Translations under genes and position numbers: made by a program
Origin: Promethearchaeota archaeon
GTDB taxonomy: Archaea; Asgardarchaeota; Lokiarchaeia; Sigyniarchaeales; SOKP01
Length of the DNA stretch: 46,501 bases
NCBI GenBank assembly: GCA_048938445.1
Contig: JBHLME010000019.1
Coordinates: forward strand, 1-46,501
Reading direction: 5' to 3'
In this document: piece after piece, positions 9,592 through 18,849 of the stretch
Numbering within the stretch: the first letter of the stretch is position 1
Layout: each line of letters opens with the position of its first letter
The notes under the pieces: model-generated
What the model saw: only the letters and a program-made list of their open reading frames with translations
Told to the model about the DNA's origin: nothing
Database searches by the model: none

Positions 9592-11001
9592 TTAAATTAA
9601 ATTCAAACTTTGTTTTTTCTTCATTATATAAGCGAAAATTATAGGTGATATGGTAGAAGTGATAATAGCAATTAATATAGCAGATTCAAAAATAGTTTTT
9701 GATAAAAATCCAAGGGAATAACCAATATAAGCTGCAGCAATAATTAAACTTAGACGTGATGATTGTAAAAGCCCTGAGGCAAGACAATCGCTTTTTCCAA
9801 ACCTTTTTCTATATATTAAATAAGTTGGTATGATCTTTACAAAAAAAGCAAAACCTAAAAGTATTAAACCTAATAAAATTGTCCCCCAATTTAAAAATAA
9901 TTCTTCAATTTTCATTTGAGCTCCTACCATTATAAAAAAAATGGGAATTGTGAAACCATAACCTATAGCATGTAGTTTCTCATGTAATTCTTTTGTTTTT
10001 TGGTATGGGCTAATTAAAGATATTAATATTCCTGAAATAAAAGCCCCTAAGATCATTTCTGTCCCAAAGAGCTCTGACAAAATAATAAAGGTTAATAATA
10101 AAAAAATTGACCCTGTTACTTTTATTTCTGTTGTAGAAGTTTCTTTAATAGTAAATTTAGAATACCATTTAGGATGTTTTTTCATTATTTTTATAAGCTG
10201 GTAACAAGCAATGAAGATCAAGAATATTAATGGAATTAATAGCATTTCAGCTATATATCCACTAGAATATATTGCAGTCATGATTGTAAGTAAAATCATT
10301 GATACAAAATCTGCAATTATCGATATGATGAGAATTGCTTGACCATACTCGGTTTCTGATATTTTTAATTCAAAAAGAATTGGAAATACAATTCCTACGG
10401 AGGTTGTAGAAAACATTACTCCCATGAATAGAAAATTGAACGGTTGATAAAAAATTGAAATTATTAACATCAGTATTATTGCGAGACCTAAACAACCTAA
10501 ATAAGATAATAAACCATTAAAGTAGGGTTTATTACTAATATCCAAATGTGAAAAATTCCAATGTCTGTGAATTCTTCGTTTAGCTGATTTTCTGGTTATA
10601 TGTTTAATTATAATTTGATCTAGTTTTGAAATATCTTGCGGCTCCTCCCCTAAAGGAATCTTGGATTTTTCTTCTTCACTAAACTTTTTTTCGATATATT
10701 TTTCTTCAAGTCTATCTTTAATTGATTGTTTCACTTGAGGATGTATGAGATGCTCAAAATCGATTTCAATCCCTGAAAGAAACATTAAAAAAGCAAATCC
10801 AAAAAACCTAAGGAATTCTAACCAAGGATCATCACCAGGAATTAATTTTAATAATGAATCTCCAAATATTAATCCCACGAGCAATTCACCAACAACTATA
10901 GGTATTGAAAACTTTTTAAATCTTGAAATGATGATAGGTATGATAAATGCAAAAAATATTACTATTAATAATGGAACCGCATCTATAGTTTCAAAAGCCA
11001 T
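9592..11001 (-). CDS. Monovalent cation:proton antiporter, CPA2 family (NapA/KefB-like)
   Basis: PIVVGELLVG, LMFLSGIEID, STTSVGIV, IADF, ILGAFISG, IPIFFIMVG; about 12-13 TM. Confidence 0.92.
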   Translation of the reverse strand: MAFETIDAVPLLIVIFFAFIIPIIISRFKKFSIPIVVGELLVGLIFGDSLLKLIPGDDPWLEFLRFFGFAFLMFLSGIEIDFEHLIHPQVKQSIKDRLEEKYIEKKFSEEEKSKIPLGEEPQDISKLDQIIIKHITRKSAKRRIHRHWNFSHLDISNKPYFNGLLSYLGCLGLAIILMLIISIFYQPFNFLFMGVMFSTTSVGIVFPILFELKISETEYGQAILIISIIADFVSMILLTIMTAIYSSGYIAEMLLIPLIFLIFIACYQLIKIMKKHPKWYSKFTIKETSTTEIKVTGSIFLLLTFIILSELFGTEMILGAFISGILISLISPYQKTKELHEKLHAIGYGFTIPIFFIMVGAQMKIEELFLNWGTILLGLILLGFAFFVKIIPTYLIYRKRFGKSDCLASGLLQSSRLSLIIAAAYIGYSLGFLSKTIFESAILIAIITSTISPIIFAYIMKKKQSLNLI

Positions 11002-11115
11002 AATTTGAATTTATTTTTAGAATCTATAAATATTTTCATAAACTTTTTCCAATTATCTAGATATTTTATTATCTAATAATAATGTGCTAAACTATAAGCC
11101 TAACATTAGAAGATA

Positions 11116-12348
11116 TTAATCTCTTTCGATTAAAGTAGCCATACCCGTACCACCACCAGCGCATTGAGAACAAACTCCATATTTCGCTTTTCTACGTTTT
11201 AATTCATGGAGTGCTGTTAAAATCAACCTAGCTCCTGTCATGCCTGGGGGGTGACCTATTGCGATAGCTCCTCCATTTACATTTACCTTTTCCTCATTAA
11301 TCCCTAAAGCTCTTATACAAAATAAAACTTGTTGGGCTTGAGCTTCATTGATTTCAAATATATCAATATCCTCAAGGGTAAGAAAATTCTTTTTTAATAT
11401 ATTGCGTATTGCTGGTATCGGTCCTAGGCCCATATATTGAGGTTCTACATTTCCCATGGTACAATCTTTCCAATATCCGAGTGGCTTTAATTTCAATTCT
11501 TCAGCCTTATCTTTTGACATCAACAAAATCGCAGCAGCACCATCATTTAAATTTGGTGTGTTTCCTGCAGTCACGAAACCTCCTTCTCTGAAAACAGGTT
11601 TTAGACTATTTAATTTTTCTAAAGTCACATCTGCTCGAGGACTCTCATCTTCAGAAATAATCTTTATTCCTTTCCTATTTGAAATTTCAACAGGAGTTAT
11701 TTCTTCAAAAAATTTTTCTTGCTTTGCTTTTTGATAATTTAATTGGCTGTTTAAGGCAAATTTGTTTATATCTTCAAAAGTTAGATTAATCTGAGGAACA
11801 TTATATTTTTTACAAATTTCATCCTTATCCCTAATTATGTTTTCAGCAGTTTCTCCAACATGTTTATACCCTCCATACACGCCATGTATGTCTGTAAATC
11901 CATCATAAAATAATGCATCAACAATTTGCGTGTTATTTAATCGATAACCCCACCTCATGTCCAATAGCATATATGGACATTGACTATTACTATCCATACC
12001 TCCCGATATAATGACATCACTAACACCTAATTGGATTTGATGTGCTGCGATTTCGACCGCTTTCATTCCAGAGGAGCAAATATTATTAACTGTTAAAGCA
12101 CCTGCGGTGTAAGGAATTCCTGCCTTGAGTGATGCTATCCGGCATGGACTATTCCCCATTCCTTCTTGATGAATCGCACCCATTATTACATCTTCAACTA
12201 ATTTTATATCTATTCCTGCTCTTTGTATTGCAGCTTTTATCGCAATTGACCCTAATTCCACAGCAGGGACATCTTTAAATGCACTTCCAAACCGTCCAAC
12301 TGGTGTGCGGGCTCCACTTACAATTACAACTTCTCTCAAGGTTTTCAA
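11116..12348 (-). CDS. Acetyl-CoA C-acyltransferase (thiolase)
   Basis: RTPVG, TVNNICSSG, GGAIAIGHP, CAGGG catalytic motifs. Confidence 0.96.
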   Translation of the reverse strand: MKTLREVVIVSGARTPVGRFGSAFKDVPAVELGSIAIKAAIQRAGIDIKLVEDVIMGAIHQEGMGNSPCRIASLKAGIPYTAGALTVNNICSSGMKAVEIAAHQIQLGVSDVIISGGMDSNSQCPYMLLDMRWGYRLNNTQIVDALFYDGFTDIHGVYGGYKHVGETAENIIRDKDEICKKYNVPQINLTFEDINKFALNSQLNYQKAKQEKFFEEITPVEISNRKGIKIISEDESPRADVTLEKLNSLKPVFREGGFVTAGNTPNLNDGAAAILLMSKDKAEELKLKPLGYWKDCTMGNVEPQYMGLGPIPAIRNILKKNFLTLEDIDIFEINEAQAQQVLFCIRALGINEEKVNVNGGAIAIGHPPGMTGARLILTALHELKRRKAKYGVCSQCAGGGTGMATLIERD

Positions 12349-12477
12349 CTCAATTATTATCCAAATTTATTACTAAAATATGGAAATGGAATTATATTTT
12401 AATATAATACAAACTTATTTACTTTTGTTCAATACAATATATTATTTTAATTTATACTATATTTCAGAGGAAAACCA

Positions 12478-12948
12478 ATGGTCAATAGAATAAGAGCGAT
12501 TGAAATACAAAAATACATTGACAAAAAATTTTCAACCAAGTGGTATAAAGTAACACAAGAAGATATTCAAAAATTTGCAGATCTTACAAAAGATCACCAA
12601 TACATTCACATTGATCCAGAAAAAGCAAAAAAGTCATTTTTTGGACAAACTATAGCACATGGGTTTTTTGTTTTATCAATGCTCGGATTTTTTACATTAC
12701 AAGATGGTGACATGGATTCAATGCAGTTTTATATCACTGATGCTAAAGCTGTTATTAACTATGGTTTTGATAAAATTAGATTTATATCACCTGTTCCTGT
12801 GGGCTCTTTAATCCGGGATGTGACTTATATTTCAAAAGTTGAATTGGTAAAAAGAGGTATGAAATTCACATCACATCATACAGTCGAGATTAAAGGACAA
12901 GACCAACCCGCACTAATAGCAGATTGGATAAATTTACTTATTTTATAA
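12478..12948 (+). CDS. MaoC/NodN-family (R)-specific enoyl-CoA hydratase (hot-dog fold)
   Basis: FADLTKDHQYIHIDP...TIAHG, NYGFDKIRFISPV. Confidence 0.93.
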   Translation: MVNRIRAIEIQKYIDKKFSTKWYKVTQEDIQKFADLTKDHQYIHIDPEKAKKSFFGQTIAHGFFVLSMLGFFTLQDGDMDSMQFYITDAKAVINYGFDKIRFISPVPVGSLIRDVTYISKVELVKRGMKFTSHHTVEIKGQDQPALIADWINLLIL

Positions 12949-13047
12949 ATCTTAATTAAGATCATATGTTTCAGGGAGATTATTAAATTTTTAAAATAGT
13001 TTTTAATACAAATGTTAAATAAATAATTCTTATAAAATTTATATCAA

Positions 13048-14736
13048 GTGAGAAGACATTTGGAACTGCCAGACTACATAAAAAATAGGTATTGGAAGGA
13101 TTATTTGCCAGAAGGTATCACTCTAAATCTAGATATTCCCAAAGATCTTTCTTTGTGTGAGGCATTCAATGAATATACACTGAAAAACGGTGATAAGACA
13201 TTCATCTTGTATGAAAATATTGAATATACTTTTAAAGAGATACAAGAACTCACGAAAAAATTTTCTAATGCTTTAATAGATTTAGGAGTAAATAAAAAGG
13301 ATATAATAGCACTATGGCTCCCAAATTGTCCAGAATTTGTAATTAGTTATTTCGCGACGTTAATTATAGGAGGATCAGTTACTGTTATTAGTTCATTATA
13401 TGTTGCAAGAGAAGCAGCTTTCCAAATTAACGATTCTGGTGCAAGGTTCTTAATTATGGATGAAAAATTTTTAAATCATTATGAGAAGTTTGATAATAAA
13501 GCCTCATTGGAAAAAATTATTTTAGTAAACTTAGAAAAAGAATCTTCAAATGAACCATTAGCTGCTAATCAGGTTTATTTTAAAACTATAATTGATGAAG
13601 TTTCTGAACTAGATGCTCTACTTGAAGTAGAGATTAATCCTAAAGAAGATATTGCCGTGATTCAATATACTGGTGGAACTACTGGTATTCCAAAAGGAGC
13701 ATCCTTAACACATTATAATATAATTTCTAGCTGCTTTCATCTAGCACAACCTTCTGAATATATGAAAGAAAATTTTTTGAAGAGTGATATAGTGGCAATC
13801 TCAGTCCTTCCTTGGTATCACATTTTTGGCCAAGCTATAGAAATGGTATCATCTATCTTGCTTGGAACTAAATTAATTGTTTTACCATCTTTCGATATAA
13901 AAAAAATTACTGAAATAATCAAGAGATATCAGCCAAATACATTTTTTGGAGTACCCACCATGTACATTACGCTTCTAAATTCACCTTTAAGCAAAGATCT
14001 TGACATTTCTTGTTTGAAATATACTCATGTGGGGGCAAGTCCAATGCCAATCGAAGCTGAAAAACAATGGGAGAAGAGGACCGGGTTTATGATGTGTGAA
14101 GGATATGGTCTCACCGAAGCTAGCCCTGGTGTGTGTTTCTCTCCATCTTGGTCAAAGAAAAAAGAAGGAAGCTGTGGTCAACCATTACCAAATACGTTAG
14201 TTGGAACGATCAGTGAAGAGATGGAATTTTTGCCGATTGGTAGGGCAGGTGAATTAGTAATATCTGGTCCGCAAGTAATGGTAGGGTATCATAATAGACC
14301 AGAAGAAAATGAAGAAGTGTTTTTTGAAGCAGGGGGTTATAAATGGCTAAGAACTGGTGATTTTGCTCGAATTGATGAGGAAGGGTATATTTTTATCTTA
14401 GACCGCGTCAAGGACATGATAAAATATAAGGGACATAGTGTATATCCACGAGAAATTGAAGAAATTCTATATGAACACCCTTCTGTATTAGAATGTTCTG
14501 TAATTGGTATTGAAGATCCAATTAAAGGTGAAGATATTAAGGCCTATATCGTTCTGCGAGAAGAATATAAAAATAAAATAAGAGATCAAGACATTATTGA
14601 TTGGTCAAAAGAAAACCTAGCAGCCTATAAATATCCTAGAATTGTTGAATGCGTTGAAAGTCTACCTAAAAGTCCTGTTGGTAAGATTTTAAAGAAAAAT
14701 TTAAGAGAAATTGAGAAGAACAAGACAAAAAATTAA
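13048..14736 (+). CDS. Long-chain-fatty-acid--CoA ligase (FadD-like)
   Basis: YTGGTTGIPKG, EGYGLTE, RTGD, DRVKDMI, PKSPVGK. Confidence 0.95.
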   Translation: MRRHLELPDYIKNRYWKDYLPEGITLNLDIPKDLSLCEAFNEYTLKNGDKTFILYENIEYTFKEIQELTKKFSNALIDLGVNKKDIIALWLPNCPEFVISYFATLIIGGSVTVISSLYVAREAAFQINDSGARFLIMDEKFLNHYEKFDNKASLEKIILVNLEKESSNEPLAANQVYFKTIIDEVSELDALLEVEINPKEDIAVIQYTGGTTGIPKGASLTHYNIISSCFHLAQPSEYMKENFLKSDIVAISVLPWYHIFGQAIEMVSSILLGTKLIVLPSFDIKKITEIIKRYQPNTFFGVPTMYITLLNSPLSKDLDISCLKYTHVGASPMPIEAEKQWEKRTGFMMCEGYGLTEASPGVCFSPSWSKKKEGSCGQPLPNTLVGTISEEMEFLPIGRAGELVISGPQVMVGYHNRPEENEEVFFEAGGYKWLRTGDFARIDEEGYIFILDRVKDMIKYKGHSVYPREIEEILYEHPSVLECSVIGIEDPIKGEDIKAYIVLREEYKNKIRDQDIIDWSKENLAAYKYPRIVECVESLPKSPVGKILKKNLREIEKNKTKN

Positions 14737-14760
14737 TCTATTAGCTTTTAATTTGTCCAA

Positions 14761-15177
14761 CTAGTTTTTTACAAGTTGAATACAATTTGTTGGACACACG
14801 GTCAAGCAAGAAGGATTTTTATTATCTTTCAATCTTTCAATACAAAGATCGCATTTCATAGCGATTTCTTGCTGTTCATCAAATTGCATTGCATTATAAG
14901 GGCAAACTTCAATACAACCTTTACATCCAGTGCATAATTCTTTATTAATTAAAACAATACCTTGTTCATCTATAAAAATTGCCTCGGCAGGACATGCTTC
15001 TTTACAAGGTGCATCTTCGCAGTGATGACAATAAATAGGAAGGAATTTAGGAGAATCTTCAATTACTCGGATCAACCTTGGACCTACATCAAGGGCATGC
15101 TCCTGTTTACATGCCACTTCACAAGCATGACATCCCATGCAGTTATTTTCATTAATTTCTAAAAAGATCCTATCCAT
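14761..15177 (-). CDS. DmsB/FdhB-like 4x[4Fe-4S] ferredoxin subunit
   Basis: CMGCHACEVAC, CHHCEDAPCKEACP, CTGCKGCIEVCP, KCDLC...CLTVCP; GGAGG just upstream. Confidence 0.93.
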   Translation of the reverse strand: MDRIFLEINENNCMGCHACEVACKQEHALDVGPRLIRVIEDSPKFLPIYCHHCEDAPCKEACPAEAIFIDEQGIVLINKELCTGCKGCIEVCPYNAMQFDEQQEIAMKCDLCIERLKDNKNPSCLTVCPTNCIQLVKN

Positions 15178-15181
15178 CCTC

Positions 15182-17272
15182 CTACTCCTCTTTGCAGTAT
15201 GATATATTGCATAATAAAACTCTTAAATTTGTTGCACCCATCACAGGATCCATTGACTCATGAGAGTTATCAGTCAAAATATTTATATTAGAAAGATCCC
15301 ATCCATGATCAACACTCTTTAACTCGGGATACCACCATCCATGCTCTGCCACGACCACTCTAGGGTCAATCCCCGTGTTTAGTTTAGCCCGTTGTTTAGC
15401 ACGTCCCCTTGGAGATTCAATCCAAACCCAATCTCCCTCCTTAATGTTATGTTTATTTGCTGTATCGGGATGTATTTCTACAATAGGATCAGGCCTTATC
15501 TCTCTTAACCAAGGTATCATCCGGTTTTCAGAATGAAAAAACGTCGGTGTTCTTAAACCTGAATTTAATATGTATGGATACTTTTTAGCAAGATCTGGTC
15601 TAGAAATGGGGCTTTCTGGAATTTCCGTGTATTTTGGAAGAGGATCAAAACCCCAATTTTCAAGAATTGTAGAATATAATTCGACCTTACCTGTTGGTGT
15701 GGAAAATCCTTTTTCTTTATACTTATAGTATTTCATCTCTCCTTGGAGATATCCCTTTTTTTTAAACTCTTCCCAAGTTAAGCCCGATGGTTCTAACAAC
15801 CAATTTAATGAATCTTCTATGGAATCCCACCATTCTTGACCCAATTTCTTACCTAATTCCATGAAGATCTTGTGATCTTGCCAACATTCACCAATTTCTA
15901 CAACCTTCTGTCTTGCTAATACGTAGCCATGAAACTTCCAGTTTTCTGAAACGTGATCTTGCTCGAGCCAAGTACCAGTAGGGAGAAATACATCTGCTAA
16001 TTCTGCGGTTGGAGTTAAAAAAAAATCAGAGACAGCAAGAAATTCCAGTTTTTCTAGTGCTTTATAGACTTCATTTGCATTGGCTCTCGTAACAACAGGG
16101 TTAGTTCCTACAAGTAAACCTGCTTTAACCGGATATGGCTTTTCGGTCAAGATAGCATCCCACGCGCATTTGGGTGTAATAAAAGTCATTCTGGCCGCAA
16201 GCTTGTATTGATCTCCCCCTAATCGTTTATTTTTTTGTTCAGCTGATAAAGCTGTATGTGCAGAGAATTCAGCAACTTTTCTTACTGGAGGAGGTTGGTA
16301 AAAGACATTCCCACCAGGAGCATCAAGGTTACCCGTGGCAGCCATGAGACATACAGCAGTCCTTGTAAAATCAGTACAATTAATATTCTGCTCTGTAGGT
16401 ACTCCCCAATGAATTCCAGCTGGCTTTATGGTAGCATACATTCTTGCTGCTTTTCTGATCACTTCCTGATCAACCCAGGTTATTCGCTTTACCCTATCTA
16501 GAGCGTAATCTTGCTTTATCCTTTTGACAAAAGCATCCCAACCATGAATATATTGTCTAACAAATTCTTCATCAAATAAATTTTCTTCAATGATTACATG
16601 AAAAAATCCCATCGCTAGAGCAGCATCCGTACCTGGCCGTATTTGTATCCATATATCTGCTTTATTTGCTAAGAATCCTTTTCTTGGATCGATAACGATT
16701 AACTTTGTACCCTCTTTATAAGCTCGCCAAAAAGTTTCACCCTTGTATTCGTCTGGATTGGTCCAAAGTGGATTGCAACCCCAAATTATTATACATTTTG
16801 GATTGTTTTTATAATCACATACTGGAAATCTTCCACAAGTAGTCAGACTAGCACCTATTCGAGAGAGATAACACATGTGTCCCGCGGTTAATATGTTAGG
16901 AGTACCTAAAAGGTTTCCAAACCGGGAGAAATGACTTTCATAGTCTCGACCCGTTCCCTGCCCTACGATAATAGATTCAGGACCGTAATCTTTAATTACT
17001 TCATTGAATTTATTTGTTATCATGTCTAAAGCATCTTCCCAAGAGCATCTTTCCCAAACGCCACCATTTTTTTTCATTGGATAAATTATTCTTTCTGGAT
17101 GATATGCTAACTGAGTTATTGCCAATCCTTTAGAACACATCGTACCATGACTTATTGGTGATTCAGGATCTCCTTCAACTTTTATGACCTTACCATCTTT
17201 CACGTAGGCAATAACACCACACCCCCCATGACAGCCTCGACAGGTAGTTCTAATCTTCTTGAGATTTTCCAT
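15182..17272 (-). CDS. Mo/W-bisPGD oxidoreductase catalytic subunit, acetylene-hydratase-like clade
   Basis: CRGCHGGC...CSKG Fe-S motif, HMC metal ligand, IRPGTDAAL, C-terminal molydopterin-binding domain (EIHPDTA, HGWW); no Tat signal. Confidence 0.9.
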   Translation of the reverse strand: MENLKKIRTTCRGCHGGCGVIAYVKDGKVIKVEGDPESPISHGTMCSKGLAITQLAYHPERIIYPMKKNGGVWERCSWEDALDMITNKFNEVIKDYGPESIIVGQGTGRDYESHFSRFGNLLGTPNILTAGHMCYLSRIGASLTTCGRFPVCDYKNNPKCIIIWGCNPLWTNPDEYKGETFWRAYKEGTKLIVIDPRKGFLANKADIWIQIRPGTDAALAMGFFHVIIEENLFDEEFVRQYIHGWDAFVKRIKQDYALDRVKRITWVDQEVIRKAARMYATIKPAGIHWGVPTEQNINCTDFTRTAVCLMAATGNLDAPGGNVFYQPPPVRKVAEFSAHTALSAEQKNKRLGGDQYKLAARMTFITPKCAWDAILTEKPYPVKAGLLVGTNPVVTRANANEVYKALEKLEFLAVSDFFLTPTAELADVFLPTGTWLEQDHVSENWKFHGYVLARQKVVEIGECWQDHKIFMELGKKLGQEWWDSIEDSLNWLLEPSGLTWEEFKKKGYLQGEMKYYKYKEKGFSTPTGKVELYSTILENWGFDPLPKYTEIPESPISRPDLAKKYPYILNSGLRTPTFFHSENRMIPWLREIRPDPIVEIHPDTANKHNIKEGDWVWIESPRGRAKQRAKLNTGIDPRVVVAEHGWWYPELKSVDHGWDLSNINILTDNSHESMDPVMGATNLRVLLCNISYCKEE

Positions 17273-17434
17273 GGTTTGAGCTAATTTACTTTCTTTTCTA
17301 AAAATTTTTGCTATAACACATTAGATAATGTGGTTTAATTTAAGTTTTTTTAGTGAAAAAAGATTTAATTACTTCTCTGAGTAATCCATCCATAAAACCT
17401 AAATAATTATTAATCTAAAGTAAAATAGATACTG

Positions 17435-18829
17435 ATGAATAAATTTGACCAAATTTTTTATGCTAATTCAATTGCTATTGTAGGGGCTTCAAATAATCCA
17501 TCTAAAGCATCACATCAGATAATTAAGACAATGCTCAAAGAAGGATTTCAAGGGAAAATTTTTCCGATCCATCCCAAAGAAAATGAAGTTTTAGGATTAA
17601 AATGTTATAAATCAATTTCAGATATTGAAGAAGTAATCGATTTACTGATAATCGGAGTTCCTTCAAAAGAAGTACATGATATTTTCATTGAAGCATCTAA
17701 TCGAGTGGACATCAAGGGTGCAGTGATACTATCAGCAGGATTTAGTGAAACAGGTATTCCTGATATGATTGCTTTGGAAAAAAAAATAGTAGGTATTGCA
17801 AAGAAAGCAGGAATTAGAATATTTGGTCCTAATTGTATCGGAGTCATCAATTCGGACACTAAATTAAGCACGAGTTTTGCCCCGGTCTCAAAGGTTTTTA
17901 ATGGAAATCTAGGATTTATTACTCAAAGTGGTTCATTTGGAGGTTCTCTTTTAATGTTAGCAGAACAATCACCTAAACCATTAGGTTTCAATAAATGGGC
18001 ACATGTAGGAAATATGTCGGATGTAACAAATGTTGAAATACTAGAATATTTTGGAGAGGATCCGAGAATCTCTTCAATTGGCTTGTATTTAGAGGGGATA
18101 ACTCATGGTAAAGATTTATTGAAGATTGCAAAAAAAATCACGCATCAAAAACCAGTATTCTTATTAAAAGTAGGTACCACCGAAGCAAGTTCAATAGCTA
18201 CCCAATCACATACAGGGATCTTGGCAGGATCTGATAAAATTTATGATGCAGCTTTTAGACAATCAGGAATTATTAGAGTAAATAACATTGAAGAATTAAT
18301 CGACTCATTAAAAGCCGCATCAATGCTTTCAAAACCCAAAGGAAAGAATATTTGTGTTCTAACAGAAGCTGGAGGGCCAGGTATCATATCTATTGATGAA
18401 ATAACCAAAGATAATTATTTAAAATTAGCAAATATCACAGTTCATACAAAAAAACAATTAAATAACAAGTTACCTCCTATGGCTACTATATGTAGACCAA
18501 ATGGATACATTGATATAACTGCTGCTGCCTTAGAACAAGAGCATGCTGACACCTTAAAATTGGTATTAGATGATCCCAATGTAGACATTGTATTATTAAT
18601 ATCATTACCTCCAACATTTCTTCCTGCTATTAACGTAGCTGAGCATGTAGCTAAAGTCATAAAAAACTCTGATAAAATTGTAGCTGTTTGCTTCATGAAT
18701 GGAAAGTCAATGCTTGAATCAAGAACATTCTTAGAAAACAACAATATCCCCACATTTGACACACCTGACAGGGCTATAAGGGCTTTAATTAATTTAACTA
18801 AAGCATCCTGTTATTTAAAAAATGATTGA
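17435..18829 (+). CDS. ADP-forming acyl-CoA synthetase alpha subunit (CoA-binding domain protein)
   Basis: IAIVGAS, SAGFSE, GPNCIG, TQSG, SHTG phospho-His motif, AGGPG. Confidence 0.93.
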   Translation: MNKFDQIFYANSIAIVGASNNPSKASHQIIKTMLKEGFQGKIFPIHPKENEVLGLKCYKSISDIEEVIDLLIIGVPSKEVHDIFIEASNRVDIKGAVILSAGFSETGIPDMIALEKKIVGIAKKAGIRIFGPNCIGVINSDTKLSTSFAPVSKVFNGNLGFITQSGSFGGSLLMLAEQSPKPLGFNKWAHVGNMSDVTNVEILEYFGEDPRISSIGLYLEGITHGKDLLKIAKKITHQKPVFLLKVGTTEASSIATQSHTGILAGSDKIYDAAFRQSGIIRVNNIEELIDSLKAASMLSKPKGKNICVLTEAGGPGIISIDEITKDNYLKLANITVHTKKQLNNKLPPMATICRPNGYIDITAAALEQEHADTLKLVLDDPNVDIVLLISLPPTFLPAINVAEHVAKVIKNSDKIVAVCFMNGKSMLESRTFLENNNIPTFDTPDRAIRALINLTKASCYLKND

Positions 18830-18849
18830 GGTTAGTTGGATGATTTAAA

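Noticed and set aside
15182-17272. Calling the molybdoenzyme acetylene hydratase or formate dehydrogenase
   Set aside because: His replaces the catalytic Asp of acetylene hydratase, and the FDH C/U-H motif is absent.
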